Of a stretch of 64,000 bases of DNA, positions 62,438 to 64,000 are shown piece after piece; the first letter of the stretch is position 1; the number at the start of each line of letters is the position of its first letter. The stretch lies in assembly GCA_965213925.1 (NCBI GenBank), contig OZ243927.1:2592001-2656000 (forward strand), read 5' to 3'. The position numbers were made by a program, and so were the translations under genes. This DNA is from Trueperaceae bacterium. Its GTDB lineage: Bacteria > Deinococcota > Deinococci > Deinococcales > Trueperaceae. Below the pieces are notes generated by a model. It saw only the letters and a list, made by a program, of their open reading frames with translations, searched no databases and was not told the DNA's origin.

Positions 62438-64000
62438 CTAGCGAATAAAGAGCATCTCTTGATAGGTAGGCAGCGGCCACAGGTCGTCGGCGACGATTGC
62501 CTCGAGCCCATCTGCCGCCTCGCGTACTTTATGCATGGTGGACCTGATTTCGTCGTGGGCGTAGTGAGCGCCCTCTAAACCTTCTGGCACGTTTCGTTTG
62601 AGCGCCTCGAGCTGCGCCGTGTTGTCCTGGAGCGACTTGACGAGGCTCGTGACCTTGTCGAGCGTGTCGGTGTCGAACTCGTAGCCGATAGCTTTGAGGC
62701 TGGCGCAGGTTTGTGCGAGTTCGCCCTGGTAGCGCACGGCGGCGGGGAAGATGATGGTCTTCGCCATCTCCACAACCAAGTTCGACTCCAGGTTGAGGCT
62801 CATGATGTACTGCTCTAAAGCGACTTCGTAGAGGCTTTCCAGCTCGTGCTTGCTGAGCACGTTGTAGCGCTCAAACAGGGCGACGGCGTCGTCGGATATT
62901 AGCGCGGGCAGGGCGTCCGGGGTCGCTTTGAGATTGGGCAGCCCACGCGACTCGGCTTCCTTTTCCCATTCTTCCGAGTAGCCGTCGCCGTCGAACAAGA
63001 CCGCGCCGTGCTCTTGGATGATGGTCTTGAGGAGCGACTGGACGGCGGCGTTGAAGTCGTCCGCGCCCTCAAGCGCATCGGCGACATAGTCGAGCGACTC
63101 TGCCAAGATGGTGTTGATGACGGTGACGGGGCGCGAGATGGATTGGCTCGAGCCCACCGCGCGAAACTCGAACTTGTTGCCCGTAAAGGCGAAGGGGCTG
63201 GTGCGGTTGCGGTCGCCCGCGTGCTTGGGCAGGGGCGGCAGCGTATCCACACCGACGCCTAAAGTTCCCGACGACTTGGACGAAGTCGCGCCGCCGTTGT
63301 TTTTAATCTGTTCGAACACATCGGTCAGTTGGTCACCTAAGAAGATGGAGATAATCGCGGGCGGCGCTTCGTTCGCGCCCAAGCGGTGGTCGTTGCTCGC
63401 CGAGGCAATCGCGGCGCGTAAGAGCGGCGCGTGGCGGTGCACGGCGCGAATCACGGCGGCGCAGAAGACTAAAAATTGCGCGTTGTCGTGGGGGTTGTCG
63501 CCGGGCTCTAACAAATTCCCTTGCGTCGCGTTTCCCAAGGACATGTTCACGTGCTTACCGCTCCCGTTGACGCCCGCAAAGGGCTTCTCGTGGAGCAAGC
63601 AGGCAAAGCCGTATTTGCCCGCGACCTTGTGCAAAACGCTCATGATGACCTGCTGGTGGTCGGCGGCGACGTTGGCGTTTTCAAAGACGGGCGCGAGTTC
63701 GAACTGCGCGGGCGCGACCTCGTTGTGACGGGTTTTGATGGGCACGCCGAGCTTGAACAGCTCGCGCTCGAGGGCGTACATACACGCCTGCACGCGCTCG
63801 TTGATCGCGCCGAAGTAGTGGTCGTCGAACTCCTGACCTTTGGGGGACGGTGCGCCGAAGAGGGTGCGCCCCGCGTTCAAGAGGTCGGGACGAGCCAAGT
63901 AAAAGTTACGGTCAATGAGAAAATACTCTTGCTCTGCGCCCGCCGTCGAGGTCACGAGTGCGATGTTGGTGTGACCGAACAGCTTCAAGACGCGCTTCGC
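62438..64000 (-). CDS. Glutamine synthetase type III (5' end outside window)
   Basis: [74 protein letters not shown]. Confidence 0.93.
   Translation of the reverse strand, partial: AKRVLKLFGHTNIALVTSTAGAEQEYFLIDRNFYLARPDLLNAGRTLFGAPSPKGQEFDDHYFGAINERVQACMYALERELFKLGVPIKTRHNEVAPAQFELAPVFENANVAADHQQVIMSVLHKVAGKYGFACLLHEKPFAGVNGSGKHVNMSLGNATQGNLLEPGDNPHDNAQFLVFCAAVIRAVHRHAPLLRAAIASASNDHRLGANEAPPAIISIFLGDQLTDVFEQIKNNGGATSSKSSGTLGVGVDTLPPLPKHAGDRNRTSPFAFTGNKFEFRAVGSSQSISRPVTVINTILAESLDYVADALEGADDFNAAVQSLLKTIIQEHGAVLFDGDGYSEEWEKEAESRGLPNLKATPDALPALISDDAVALFERYNVLSKHELESLYEVALEQYIMSLNLESNLVVEMAKTIIFPAAVRYQGELAQTCASLKAIGYEFDTDTLDKVTSLVKSLQDNTAQLEALKRNVPEGLEGAHYAHDEIRSTMHKVREAADGLEAIVADDLWPLPTYQEMLFIR

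Overview
GC-rich bacterial chromosome segment, most likely Deinococcota (Trueperaceae/Deinococcus-like). This is inferred from the protein families, including a double-OB SSB and a DdrA-like protein. 1-26.9 kb is host backbone (speA, nrnA, recN, gabT, pdxS, trxA and others) with three ~100-170 bp MITEs and an IS256-like element. tRNA-Val(CAC) at 26888-26959 is an integration hotspot. Island A (~13.2 kb, bounded by a 43-bp att repeat) carries a degraded Rep, a resolvase, a decayed Type I RM system with a half-size HsdS, a RelE/HigA-type toxin-antitoxin pair, xis-int and an IS3-like element. It is followed by a decayed conjugative/mobilisable island B (~40.1-55 kb) with defence-gene relics, an ardC/ddrA-like/parB/ssb/yfbR leading-region operon, relaxase, VirD4-like coupling protein and an IS1111-type IS110. 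The right end holds an aldehyde dehydrogenase pseudogene, a complete urease operon and a type III glutamine synthetase. The most notable observations are: a 99-bp element in speA laid out like a translational-bypass cassette (ATA-TAG...ATA), a candidate antisense-RNA/leader-peptide switch upstream of xis-int, a mobile DdrA-like/double-OB SSB module, strong CTCGAG over-representation, and an orphan small-RNA-like unit between hsdM and hsdS. All calls were made by eye; no database searches were run.
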